The notes under the pieces were generated by a model. That model was not told where the DNA came from, searched no databases, and saw nothing but the letters and a program-made list of their open reading frames with translations. From NCBI RefSeq assembly GCF_964213995.1, contig NC_135827.1, forward strand, positions 17,794,001 to 17,858,000: a stretch of 64,000 nt of DNA, given 5' to 3'. The first letter of the stretch is position 1. Every line of letters begins with the position of its first letter. Of the stretch, positions 11,628 through 23,300 are shown piece after piece. Origin of the DNA: Mustelus asterias (lineage: Eukaryota). Both the position numbers and the translations under genes were made by a program.

Positions 11628-12233
11628 CAAAGGGACTGGAATACAAAAATATGCAAATGTTGTTGCAATTTTACAGGGTGTTGGTGAGACCACACCTGTG
11701 GTCCTTATTTGAAGAGGGATGTGGTAGCATTGGAGGCAGTTCAGAGGAGGTTCACCAGATTGATTCCAGGGATGGAAAGGTTGACATATGAGGAGAGATT
11801 AAACAGTTTGGGCTTGTGCTCGCTGGAGTTTAGAAGGAGGAGGAGATCTGATTGACGTATATAAAATTTTAAAAGGGATTGATAAAGTAAATGTAGACCA
11901 AATGTTTCCTCTTATGGGGCAATCTCGAACAAGAGGTCACAGGTACAGTTTGAGAGGCGATAGATTTATAAGTGAGATTTGGAGGAACAACTTCTCACAG
12001 AGGGTGGTAAATTTGTGGAAGTTGCTGCCCCATCGCGCGATGGAGTCTGAATCGTTGAATGGTCTCAAGGAGATAGACATATTTCTAATAAAAGAGGATA
12101 AGGGGATATGGGGAACAGGTGGGGAGGTGCATTTGAGACCAGGGAGAGATCAGCCATGATCTGATTGAATGGCGGAGCAGGCTCGAAGGGCTGAATTTTC
12201 CCTGCTTCTGCTCCTAACTCCTATGTTCCTATG
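11628..12233 (+). mobile_element. CR1 LINE 3' fragment
   Basis: Degenerate ORF2 end (..SRTRGHRYSL..FSQRVVNLW..) and cctatgttcctatgtt tail. Confidence 0.85.
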
Positions 12234-12764
12234 TTAATCCTCAACCTTCCTTTCTCTCACTCTGAAATCAAAAAGGAGTGTTTTAGAATACATTCCCAAC
12301 TACCCATATTCAAAAAGCTCCTCCCATGCTCCTCGATTAGTTGGTGCTGCAGATGCTACACCTCGCAGCTCAGCATCATCAGTGCAAGCCCAGAAAATGT
12401 GCATCTGCTACACTGCTAACCCTCACTATGACAATATGCAAATATATCACTGGAGCCTCAGCAAGCAGACAGATTTGAAAAATATTCCTGAGAACTCAGC
12501 AGAAGCATTTTAACACCAGACAGAAAGAACTCTCCTCAAATCTTTTTCCTTTCTGAAAAATGTATGCTGTTCATAGATCACTAAATTCCAAGAAACCCTC
12601 CATCGCATTTTTGATACATCACCTTTGTGACAGCTTTTCCAATGCCTTCTCTGATTTTAGAATATTCACAAACTTTTTTCATCCTCGAATTGCCATAGCC
12701 GCGTTTTACAAATCCATAACGACTGCTTCCCATTAGCCCAAGCTTTGCTGAATGTTCACTAACT

Positions 12765-13448
12765 TATGTTTAAGTGTTTTTATTACTGTCACAAGTAGGC
12801 TTACATTAACACTGCAATGAAGTTACTCTGAAAATCTCCTAGTCACCAAACTCCGGCACCTGTTCAGGTACACTGAGGGAGAAATATGGAGAGGCAGTGG
12901 CCTAATGGTATTATCGCAGAAACTCAGCTAATGACCTGGGTTCAAATCCCACCATGGCAGATATGGGATTTGAATTCAACTAAATAAAATCTGGAATTAA
13001 GAATCTACTGATGACCATGAAACCACTGCCGATTGTTGGAAAAAACCATCTGTTTCACTAATACCCTTTAGGGAAGGAAATCTGCCATCCTTACTGGGTC
13101 TGGCCTATGTGTGACTCCAGAGCCACAGCAATGTGGTTGACTCTCAACTGCCCTCCGAAATGGCCTAGCAAGCCACTCAGTTGTCAAGAAGGCAGCTCAC
13201 CACTGCAACTAGGGATGGGCAATAAATGTTGGCCTAGCCAACGATGTCCATGTCCCAAGAATGAATACAACATTTTTTAGCATGGCCAATGCATCTAACC
13301 AGCACATCTTTCGGACTGTAGGAGGAAACCGGAGCACCTGGAAGCAATCCACGCAGACATGGGGAGAACGTGCAGACTCCACACAGACAGCGCGCAAGCC
13401 GGGAATCAAAACCAGGTCCCTGAGGCAGCAGTGCTAATCACTGTGCCC
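12765..13448 (-). mobile_element. HE1-like SINE (type B) split by a family C SINE
   Basis: Tail at 12765-12885, body resumes at ~13277-13448. Confidence 0.8.
12888..13271 (+). mobile_element. tRNA-SINE family C nested in HE1-B
   Basis: ggagaggcagtggcctaatggtattatcgc head, gggttcaaatccc B-box, family C tail. Confidence 0.8.
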
Positions 13449-13624
13449 TTAGGATTCTAAGTTTGCCCACAAATGAAACAACTTCCTTGCTCACTCCTAT
13501 TCCCTTTCTCTGACAGAGAATATCAATATCAAGATTTCATAATAAACAAAATTCATTGCAAGAGAAATATTCTGTATTCTGATCTGCGACAAGGGATCAT
13601 AACTGAAGTGTAGAATATACAACA

Positions 13625-13935
13625 AGCACAGTGGCTAGCACTGGTGCCCCACAGTGCCAGGGACCTGGATTCGATTCCTGGCTTGGGTGACTGTCTGTGT
13701 GGAGTCTGCATGTTCTCCCAGTGTGTGCATGGGTTTCCTCCAGGTGCTCCAGTTTCCTCCCGCAGTCCAAAGATGTGCAGATTAGGTGGATTGGCCATAA
13801 TAAATTGCCCCTTAGTGTCAGGGAGATTAGCAGGGTAAATATGTGGGGTTACGGAGATTGGGCCTAGGTGGGATTATGGTCGGTGCAGACTCAATGGTCC
13901 AAACAGCCTCCTTCTGCACTGTACAGACTCTATGA
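13625..13935 (+). mobile_element. HE1 SINE
   Basis: Head, V-domain, tail. Confidence 0.85.
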
Positions 13936-14817
13936 TCAGTACTTGCATAATAGTAAAAACTGGGCGGCAGGGACAAGTTGGGCCGAAGGGCCTGTTTCCA
14001 TGCTGTAAACCTCTATGACTCTATATCAAATGTGCATGATAAATACTAATTAAATATCCAGGCATGTTTTTCGTTTACAAATAGCTACCCCACAGTACGT
14101 TGAGTATAACCTTAGCTTTAAAAATACTGCCTCAATTAAAGTGGTGCCATTGTCTTTATATTTAAAAACAGTAATCACAATATCTCTTGCTGAGAAATAG
14201 GTTATGTTAACTGGATAGTATTACATTCAACATGTGCTTAAATCACCAGCACATTAAACCAAGAAATGCACCATCATAATTTCCAAACCAGAAAATCTAA
14301 AATGCTGAGACTGTGTTCTCCACACCAGAATTATCATTTGTACGTACTCCCATTTTGAAAATTTCAAACAAAGTTTCTGCGGTCACTTGATCGAGCAGTT
14401 GAGATTAATTGGTTTACAGTTGGGTGGCCTGCCTAGTAGATAAAGTACACTGAATGTGGAATGCATGGGAGTATGTGAACACAAATCAATAGGGATTAGA
14501 AAATTGGTGATAGCATTGATTACAGCATTTAGATTTGGAACACTGGTTATTACACCAGGGAAAATTGAGGAGAAAAATGGCTGTGAAAAAAAATACCACT
14601 CGTGGAAACAGCTCTTGATTATAATTGTCTGAATGCCAATGCTGGGTCTGAGGTTGCTTCTGCCCTGTAATTAAGGATTATAATGCACAGACCTTTAACA
14701 ATACCTGCGTGTGAGGGTAGTACAGGAAGAACTATATCCCCAGTAGGTTCTAGAATATCAGTTGTTCAGTATGTACAATATCCTGGATGTGACAAAATGA
14801 TCAAAAAAAATCAAATG

Positions 14818-15106
14818 AGGCACAACCTCAGACTAAAGGGATGATCCTTTAAAATAGAGATGAGGAGGAATTTCTTCAGCCACAGGGTGGTGAATCTGTG
14901 GAACTCTTTGCCGCAGAAGGCTGTGGAGGTCAGGTCATTGAGTGTCTTTAAGACAGAGATAGATAGGTTCTTGATTAATAAGGGGATCAAGGGTTATGGG
15001 GAAAAGGCAGGAGAATGGGGATGAGAAAAATATCAGCCATGATTGAATGGCAGAGCAGACTCGATGGGGCAAGTGGCCTAATTCTGCTCCTATTTATGGT
15101 CTTATG
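14818..15106 (+). mobile_element. CR1 LINE 3' end
   Basis: gagatgaggaggaatttcttcagccacagggtggtgaatctgtggaac (EMRRNFFSHRVVNLWN) and CR1 3' UTR. Confidence 0.85.
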
Positions 15107-16277
15107 ATCACAATTGTACAAGAAAAAAAAATTCCCATCAAGATTCGAATGTAAATCTTCCTCCACGATCACAATGTCTTGAGAGCAAAATTGGAAATGC
15201 AAACTGCAATATAATAACAGGCCAAAGTGGAGACTGTCAACTGCTGTCAGCCCACAGTGAGCATTTTAATTAAAACATTGGATAAATCCTATTTAGGATT
15301 AGCTATGAAGGGGATTCTCACAGTAACTTCATTGCAGTGTTAATGTAAGCCTACTTGTGACTAATAAACTTTACCTGAATAAAAGGTAAACGTTAACTGC
15401 GATAACCCATCTTCAAGTCCATGCCCATCAAATCTTAACCGCAGGTTCTCTGCTTATGGGAAACCCAGTTACAGAATTGACCTTGCATATGAAACATGGC
15501 ACTACAGACAACGAGCAAAGTTTCAGTCACTGTCTGAAAATTGCTGCATAAGCAGCGCACGCCAAGTAGAACAATACTGCAGTTCACAGCCCAGCCCGAA
15601 GCTGCCTTTAATAGTACACAGGCAGAAACCACATAACTTCATGATTTACTTTTATCTTCACGCCCATGTCAGCTTGTCTTTTCCATGGTCACTACATAAA
15701 GGTCATTTTTATTACAGGAATTCCTGGCTGAATAAGGTAGAAATCCAATCCTGGGATTCTACTGACAGTCATAAAGGATTGTGCTGCATACGGATCAGAA
15801 ATGCTCAATTGAATGATGGTGTGGTAGCTCATTGCCATAAATGTCTGAGCTTGATTTATAGTCAATTCTCAGAAGTAAAGGTATCCAAATCCACAGCACT
15901 ATTCTTGGAATAACAAGCCACTCAGCCCCTCAAAGCTATTCCATCATTCAATAAGGAATGTCGATCATCGTCTTGGCTGCAGCACCCTTGGCTGGTTAAA
16001 CTTCAGAGTTCTAGCAGAGAAATAGAAAATTTAGCAGCACAAGAGAGGGCCATTCAGCCAATTACATCTGTACTGGCCAAAAAAAACTAATCTGCCTAAT
16101 TGCATACTCCAGTTATCTGTAATCCTGTAGGTTTCCACATTTCAAATACATACCTGGTCATAGAGATACAGTGAAAGTTCCAATACCTCTATCACCCCTC
16201 CGACCATCCCCCCTCCCCAACAAAAAATCCCCTCTGCGTTAATATTTCTCACCTCCCCTCTAATCCTTCTGCCAATT

Positions 16278-16570
16278 GGGCAGCACGGTGGCAAACACTG
16301 CTGCCTCACAGCACCAGGGACCTCAGTTCGATTTCTGCTTGGGTCACTGTCTGTGCAGAGTCTGCACATTCTCCCCGTATCTGCATGGGTTTCCTAGGGG
16401 AGCTCCGGTTTCCTCCCACCGTCCAAAAGACATGCTGGTTAGGAACATTTGCTATGCTAAATTCTCCCTCAGTGTACGTGAACAGGTGCCAGAGCGTGGC
16501 GACTAGGGGATTTTCACAGTAACTTCACTGCAGTGTTAATGCAAGCCTACTAGTGATACTATAAACTTTA
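16278..16570 (+). mobile_element. HE1-like SINE, type B tail
   Basis: gggcagcacggtggc head, V-domain, aattctccctcagtgtac..gattttcacagtaacttcactgcagtgttaatg tail. Confidence 0.85.
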
Positions 16571-16694
16571 AAACTACTACTTTAAGTTCATTTTCCTTTG
16601 TCCTGCCAGCAGGACGTGTTTAAAAATCCTAAAAATTGCTATCAAATTACTCCTTAACAATCCGAATTCCAAAGAATACATGAACCTGCAATTA

Positions 16695-17175
16695 TTTTTT
16701 TTATTCCTTCAAGGGTTGTGAGCTTCGCTAGCTGTCAGCATTTATTGCCCCTACCTAATTGCTCTTGTAAAGGTGGCACTGAACTGCCTTCTTAAACCAC
16801 TGCTGTCCAAGTGGTTAGGTACACCCACAATGCCAGTTACAGAGGGGGTTCCAGCAAAAGCAAAGGTACAGTGATGCATTTCTAAGTCAGGATGGTGAGT
16901 GGCTTGGAGGGGAATTTCCAGGTGGTGGTACCTCTGTCTACTGCCCATGTCCTTCTGCATGGTAGTGGTTGTGGGTTAGGAAAGCTGCCTGAGGAGTCTT
17001 GGTGAGTTCTGGCTGTGCAGCTTGTAGATGGTACACATAACTGCCACTACTATGTGTCAGTGATGGAGGGAGTGAATGTTTGTGGACGAGGTGCCAATTA
17101 AGCAGTGGCTTTATCTTTGATGGTGTCAAGCTTCGAGTGTTGTTGGAGTTTCATTCACTCCGGCACATGGAGACT
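16695..17175 (-). mobile_element. CR1/L2-group LINE 3' fragment (same family as 7590-8160)
   Basis: Reverse-complement similarity to 7590-7920 (ggcttggaggggaattt, gcatttattgccc). Confidence 0.7.
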
Positions 17176-19900
17176 TGTACCTCGATTATGTAATCTCCTC
17201 CCAATTTAACCTGGACATGCCTAATATCTCAGGACCAATATGGACTCATATGGATTTAGGCAATTGAGACAAATATTTTTTTTACAAAAAAAGTGCATAA
17301 ACAAAGAAGAGGATAAGCACTTTACTTGCAAAACTTTTGATATTTTTAAAAAGTAGTTGCACGATCTTCACAATATTACATGGGAGAAACAAGAAAAAAA
17401 AATTGTAAAATTCCCCAAACACAGGAAGGATGAGAATACAATTTATAACCTGAAGGTGAAAATATCACTTTTTCCTGGTATATGAACAATGCCAATTAAT
17501 ATAGAATCATGACAGCATTTAGAAATTAGCTGATCGAGCAAATACCAAAGGTATCAGGAACTGGTAAAGTCAGAGTAAACAGGTCTTCCTACAGAAAAGG
17601 ATTATGAAATATTAAAAAATATTGCACATTTACAAGCAAATTACAAGCTGTACAACAGCTAAATAGCACTAAAATTTAGACAGCAGTGCAATTTTTCCTA
17701 GTATTTAACATTCCTCCAGCTCCACTTTTAGCCAGCAACAATTAACTTTTCCATTTCCAAACAAAGGGAACAAAGTCAAAAGACCTTGTATAAAAAAGGT
17801 AAAATTAAGACTTTAAAATCGAAGGAACCACCAAATGACAAGTACACATTTTAAAAACATATTGTTAAGAGTACAAGGGTGACGAAGTAGCTACAATTAT
17901 CCTGGAAAGATTCCAGGTTTTTTTTTAAAATCCACAAATCCAGGTTTAAAAAATTAAAGCTACAGCACCTTAAAAATTTGTACAAATTTTCCTTTCTTTA
18001 AAAAAAAAACAAATTCTCAATTGTTTCTTTTTACATCATAACTTTTCTTTTGCTGGTGAACTGAAGACCAGAGAATACATCATTCCTTATGTGCAACTAA
18101 AATAAGTACAGAACAAAAAACACAATAGTTATGTTAGGGAAAATGCAATGAAATTTGGTTAGATGTAATAACACCACAAAGAATGTGAAAATTAAAGACA
18201 AAAATTAGTAACTGTAATACCAACAGAAAATACCTGCACTCTACGTTTACTTAGAATGTAGCTGCCATGTGAACTACTCCCAAAAAGGAACCTTACTGCT
18301 GGTATGAAGGCCAATCCTGCTCTAAGGCAGAATCATGGCGATAAACTGCTTCCACTTTTCTGATGGATATCAGTACAAACTGGTTAATCAACTTGCAGGA
18401 AAACCACGACAACTCAGAGCAAATAGAAACTCAGTCATCCACTTCCTGGGCACCATGCTACCTATTTGTTTAGTATGAAGTGCAAGGGACTGAAGATAAG
18501 CATGAGCTCCCCTCCATCCCAATAGTGGTTTATGATTCAGTCGCCAATATAAGAGCTGGTTTGACACTATGCTGGTCTCTTGCATTACAAACTGAACACG
18601 TGGAAAACTGCACTCGACAACTTCTGTCCCAGCTCACGAGCGAAGCCGAGAAACAGCTCATATTTACAGCCTCCCTCAGGTCAAAATTCTTGTCCATCAT
18701 TCTTGAAATTCCTCACTGCATCGGATTGCTTTATTGGAGATCTTCCCAACCCAGACTTGCTCATCTATATTTAATTTAAATCTCCTTCCTTTCCTTTTGA
18801 AAAGAGAGATGGGCAATTTGGGTTTCGATTGAAGACAGGAAAATAAATCCAACAATGTTTTTATAGCACTGGTCATGGTTCAGTGAGCAAATCACACTCA
18901 TTTTATAATCAGTTTACCAGATGTAGCTGTAAATTAAGATAGTGGAATCCAGTTTTAAGAACTGATATTGTCAGTTGGTCTAATGCTGGTTATAGAGGAC
19001 TGGTCGGTGTGGGTGATCCCTCACTTGCTGATGAGCAGCTTTCTGCTCAGTGTGCTGCATCTGGACTTGCCAGGAGTTAAAACAAAAAACGAGCGTTGGT
19101 TGGAAGAGCACTGACATTCTGAGGTATGCATTAGAGACATGCTGAGCACCTGATTAACTCGATTGTTCACTGTTCTAGTGAGTCCGGAGCAGCATTGCTC
19201 ACTAAGAATAGCCACTGCCTCTAGGAATCAAAACAGAAGATACTGTGGGCAGGAAAATCTAGTAAAAGACTGGTCTGTACAACAATTTTTTTTTAAATTC
19301 CACAACTCATGTATGGATTTTGGCACAATTTAAGTGTTGCATCTGCATGATCACTGCCAGCAGATTCCACTCGCATGCAGTCTGGATGGGACAAAGTCAT
19401 GTTTGATTTTTTTTTTGCTCTCCTGCATGCTTAATACTGTCTTTAAAAATCTTATTTTCACTTTACTGGCACACGTCACAATGCAGAACTAGCTGTCCAA
19501 ATCATTCCCTGTGATAAAGGTTCACGCGACTGATTCGGGAACTAATTAGGGAAGTTCCACAAACAAGAGCACCATTAGATCTGGGATGTCTTTAAACAAC
19601 AGACAGCTACTGAGGCAAAAGGTTAGTATTAGGAGGGGATTGGATAAATCTACAGCAGTAAAGGGATAGGGTCAGACAGACAAATGGGCCAAAGGGCCTT
19701 TCTGTGTTGTAAATTCTACAAACAGGGCATTTCTGTGCAGGCATCCCAACTTGCCAGAGAGAAAATTACAATTACGTATAGAAAATTAAAAATTTTTTAA
19801 AACCAGGTGGTGTTCCAGTTCAATTCACTGAACATTTCATCAAATTCCAATCTTTGAGGGAAAGGGGTTTAACAGTTCAACACTGTCGAACCTCAACAGT

Positions 19901-20335
19901 TCATTGCCAATTTCGATGTCTGTTGCCTCTAGCATGCTCCTTCCTGTAATCATATTCCCAGCTTCTGCTGTGGTGCGAGCTTTGGTCGTGTTGGAACTCA
20001 GGCTCGCGGTTCCCCCTATAATGCTGGTCCTGGCTGTGATCCTGGAAGTGAGCATCTCGGGTGAAGTGACCGTCATCTGACCGGTAAGACGAGTGTGCCT
20101 GCTGCCTGTGGGTGCCAAGTGATGATTTTTCCGATTGCCATGTCATTCGCGAATTTGGACTGGATGACCGTGGTTGTACAGAGGTGCTGTAATTCGGGGG
20201 TGTAGTTTGCTGGTTAGAAGGCATCCCTCGGTAGGGCTGCTGCACGGTGGAACGGTTGTTGGCATTTGGCTGCTGCATTGAGGAACTATAATTCTGCTGC
20301 CCTCCCCTGGCGTGTTGCTGCCACATATTGTTAAT
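19901..20335 (-). CDS. RBM7: RBM7 coding exon 5 (terminal)
   Basis: Acceptor ttgcag at 20336, open to TGA at 19901-19903; Q/S/H/R-rich C-terminus ending ..RHRNWQ. Confidence 0.85.
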   Translation of the reverse strand: MNNMWQQHARGGQQNYSSSMQQPNANNRSTVQQPYRGMPSNQQTTPPNYSTSVQPRSSSPNSRMTWQSEKSSLGTHRQQAHSSYRSDDGHFTRDAHFQDHSQDQHYRGNREPEFQHDQSSHHSRSWEYDYRKEHARGNRHRNWQ

Positions 20336-23300
20336 CTGCAAGTTAAAAATCAAACAGCTTACAAATCTGCAGAATACAAAATCAGAGCTGACTGCTCTCT
20401 CCGTCAGCTGTCAATGAAAGTCAAACCCTAAACTGGCAAACAGACCACCTGAATGAGTTTGGTACCAGGAAGGATAAACTCATTCATAAGACAGGAGGGT
20501 CATCAACCCAGGGGCAGGCATACAGATTCAAGCTAATTGGAAAAGGACCAGGAGAAAAGACAAAGAAAATGTTTTAAAACCCAGCAAGCTGTTAACATCT
20601 GGAATATACTGTCTGAAATGGTGTGGGAAAGGCAGTGGAAAAAAAATTCAAATCTTTCAAAAAGGAACTAGATATTATTAGGGTCCTGGGGGAGAACCCC
20701 TAGGTATATTATGAAGCCAGACCAGACCCCAACAATTTTTCTATTTTGGCATTAGTGAGGGGATACGATGTTTCACTCCAGGAATAATTTCACTGACAGA
20801 TTCGGCATATTTTATGGTAAAACGAACCTTATTTAATAACACAGTTTAAATGTAACGACAACAAATGAAGCAACTTAATCATTAACAGTTGAACAGTATC
20901 TAAAAATGAAAGGAAGCAACATTACTTTCTAGTTTATGACTGTTCCCATTCCAAATAAACAACATTCCTCAGACTTAAATGCCACTTTAAATACAGTTAA
21001 CAACCATAAACATACTTACCATGGTGAATGGACAGTCTTGAAGCTTTCAGAAAGAAAGAGTTTCAGAGCAGCTTATATAAGCTTTTGACTTCAAACAATT
21101 GCCAGCTAGAACTGTAACTCTATAATGCAAAAACATATTCTCTGCTACAGACCCAGCTCTGCCCATTAACCACATCACATGATCCTGTCAATCAACGTCT
21201 AAAAGAATCTTGTGTAAATAAAAGTCCATTCACTCTATCAAAGTAACAAATTCCAAGCTGAAAGGAGTAATTATCCTGCTTTTACAATATCTGAGCTAAA
21301 TGTTTACCAGACACACCGACTGCCTGCAGAATAAAGCTGAATTTTAAACAATCCCCTTAAACATATAAAAACTATATAATATATATTTTATATATATATG
21401 TATATACACACACATTATATATATATATTGAAAAATCAATTTGCAGGGCTATGGAAAAAGACTAGACGAGTAAAATTAATTGGATAGATGGCCCATTCAA
21501 AGAAAAGGGGAGATAGTGGGAATATCACTGGACTGGTAATCCAGAGGCCCAAGCTAATGCTGAGGGAACACAACATCCACCACAGCAGCTGGTGAAATTT
21601 GAATTCAGTTGTTGAATCTGGTCTCAGTAATGGCAACCATGACAATTATCACTGATTGTCATTAAAAACGCCATAATTCCCTCTAGGGAGATAATTAGCT
21701 GTGCTTACCCGATCTGGCCTACATGCGGCTCCAGGCCCACAGCAATGTGGTTGACTCTTAACTGCCCTCTGAAATGGCCAAGCAAGTCACCAGTTCAAGG
21801 GCACTTAGGGATGGGCAACAAATGCTGGTCAGTGATGCCCACATCCCATGAATGAAAAAATAAGGGAAAGAGCCCATATCTGTTAAGTCAATTAGGAAAA
21901 AGGATTCGTCCTGTAAAAGTTGGGATGCATTCATGGAGCTGTTTTACTACCCAGACACACTGCAAATAGCACAGGTGGTCACATCACATGTACATCAAAA
22001 ACCATGCTAACCCCAAAATGATTAACAGATAGCAAAGATAACCCTGAGACTGGCCTCAAAGAAAACATGACTGGGACGGCCTGATAGAAGGTATTATAAT
22101 ACATATAAGTACATACGACATATCTAAACTACGTCTGTTTAAATGCTTAGGTAAGATGTCTTGTCATGCATAAACGAGAATATTGAAAAACGTACGGCAT
22201 ATTAAAAAGAAGAGTATAATTAGGAAAAACATGTGTCCATAAAGATTCATGGTTCTTAAACTGGTATTCTAAAAGAAACATACAAAATAAATAATGTTAA
22301 GGAATCATATCATGTTATTGTTCCATCCAATGTTTTATTTCTGGTTTTAAAATGCAGTTTGGTCTTAGTGCAGTTTATATATATTGTATTTATTTTATCG
22401 GGGAGGTGATGGCCTAGTGGTATTATCGCTAGACTATTAATCCAAAAACTCAGCTAATATTCTGGGGACCCGGGTTCGAATCCCACCACAAGAGATGGTG
22501 GAATTTGGATTCAATAAAAAAAATTCTGGAATTAAGAATCTACTGATGACCATGAAACCGTTGTCGATTGTCAGAAAAACCCATCTGGTTCACTAGTGTC
22601 CTTTAGGGAAGGAAATCTGCCTTCCTTACCTGGTCTGGCCTACATGTGACTCCAGAGCCATTGACTCTCAACTGCCCTCTGAACAAGAGCAATTAGGGGA
22701 TGGGCAAGAAATGCTGGCCAGCCAGCGATACCCATATCCCACGAATAAATAAAAAAATGACATGTGAATTAGAATACAATTGGTACACATAATAGCATAC
22801 TGGACCTCAAAATATGTATTTTAAGGTTGAGAATAACTTTATCCCAATAAACTAGGCACACAAACAGATTAACCAAAAGGTGATTTTACTTACCAGGACC
22901 TGCCGCTGAAGACTATCAGGTGAAGAAAATGATCTCTGTACTGGCTGTGGAGTTGCAAAAATTGGAGAGCCCGTATTATCCATTCCCCGACCAAACCTGT
23001 CGCTGGGTGTGGGGGAATCAGTGTGAGAAAGGGAGAGTGAGAGAGAAGGGGGAAACACTTTACAACAGGATCCAGGAAACAACACAGGCCCAAAATATAT
23101 ACATTCTCAGAACTGCGAGAATCTGTCCAATAACTCAAATGCTGCAAAATAGCATGGGTGCAGGAAAAGTTTCAATACTCCATAATCCCACCATTTATCA
23201 CCAGGACATTTCTTCCCTACCCATCACCCACCTTTTACATTTAATAGCACTGGTGCCACCGCCTGGTGTTTTAAACTGAAACCATTCTTCTGATCCCCAA

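Noticed and set aside
18380-19225. Possible extra spliced exons downstream of the RBM7 stop (19025-19220 has acceptor- and donor-like ends on the - strand)
   Set aside because: No convincing upstream donor or recognisable product; more simply part of a long 3' UTR; needs RNA-seq
22400-22490. tRNA genes suggested by A/B-box motifs in SINE heads
   Set aside because: The heads do not close a cloverleaf and continue into SINE bodies
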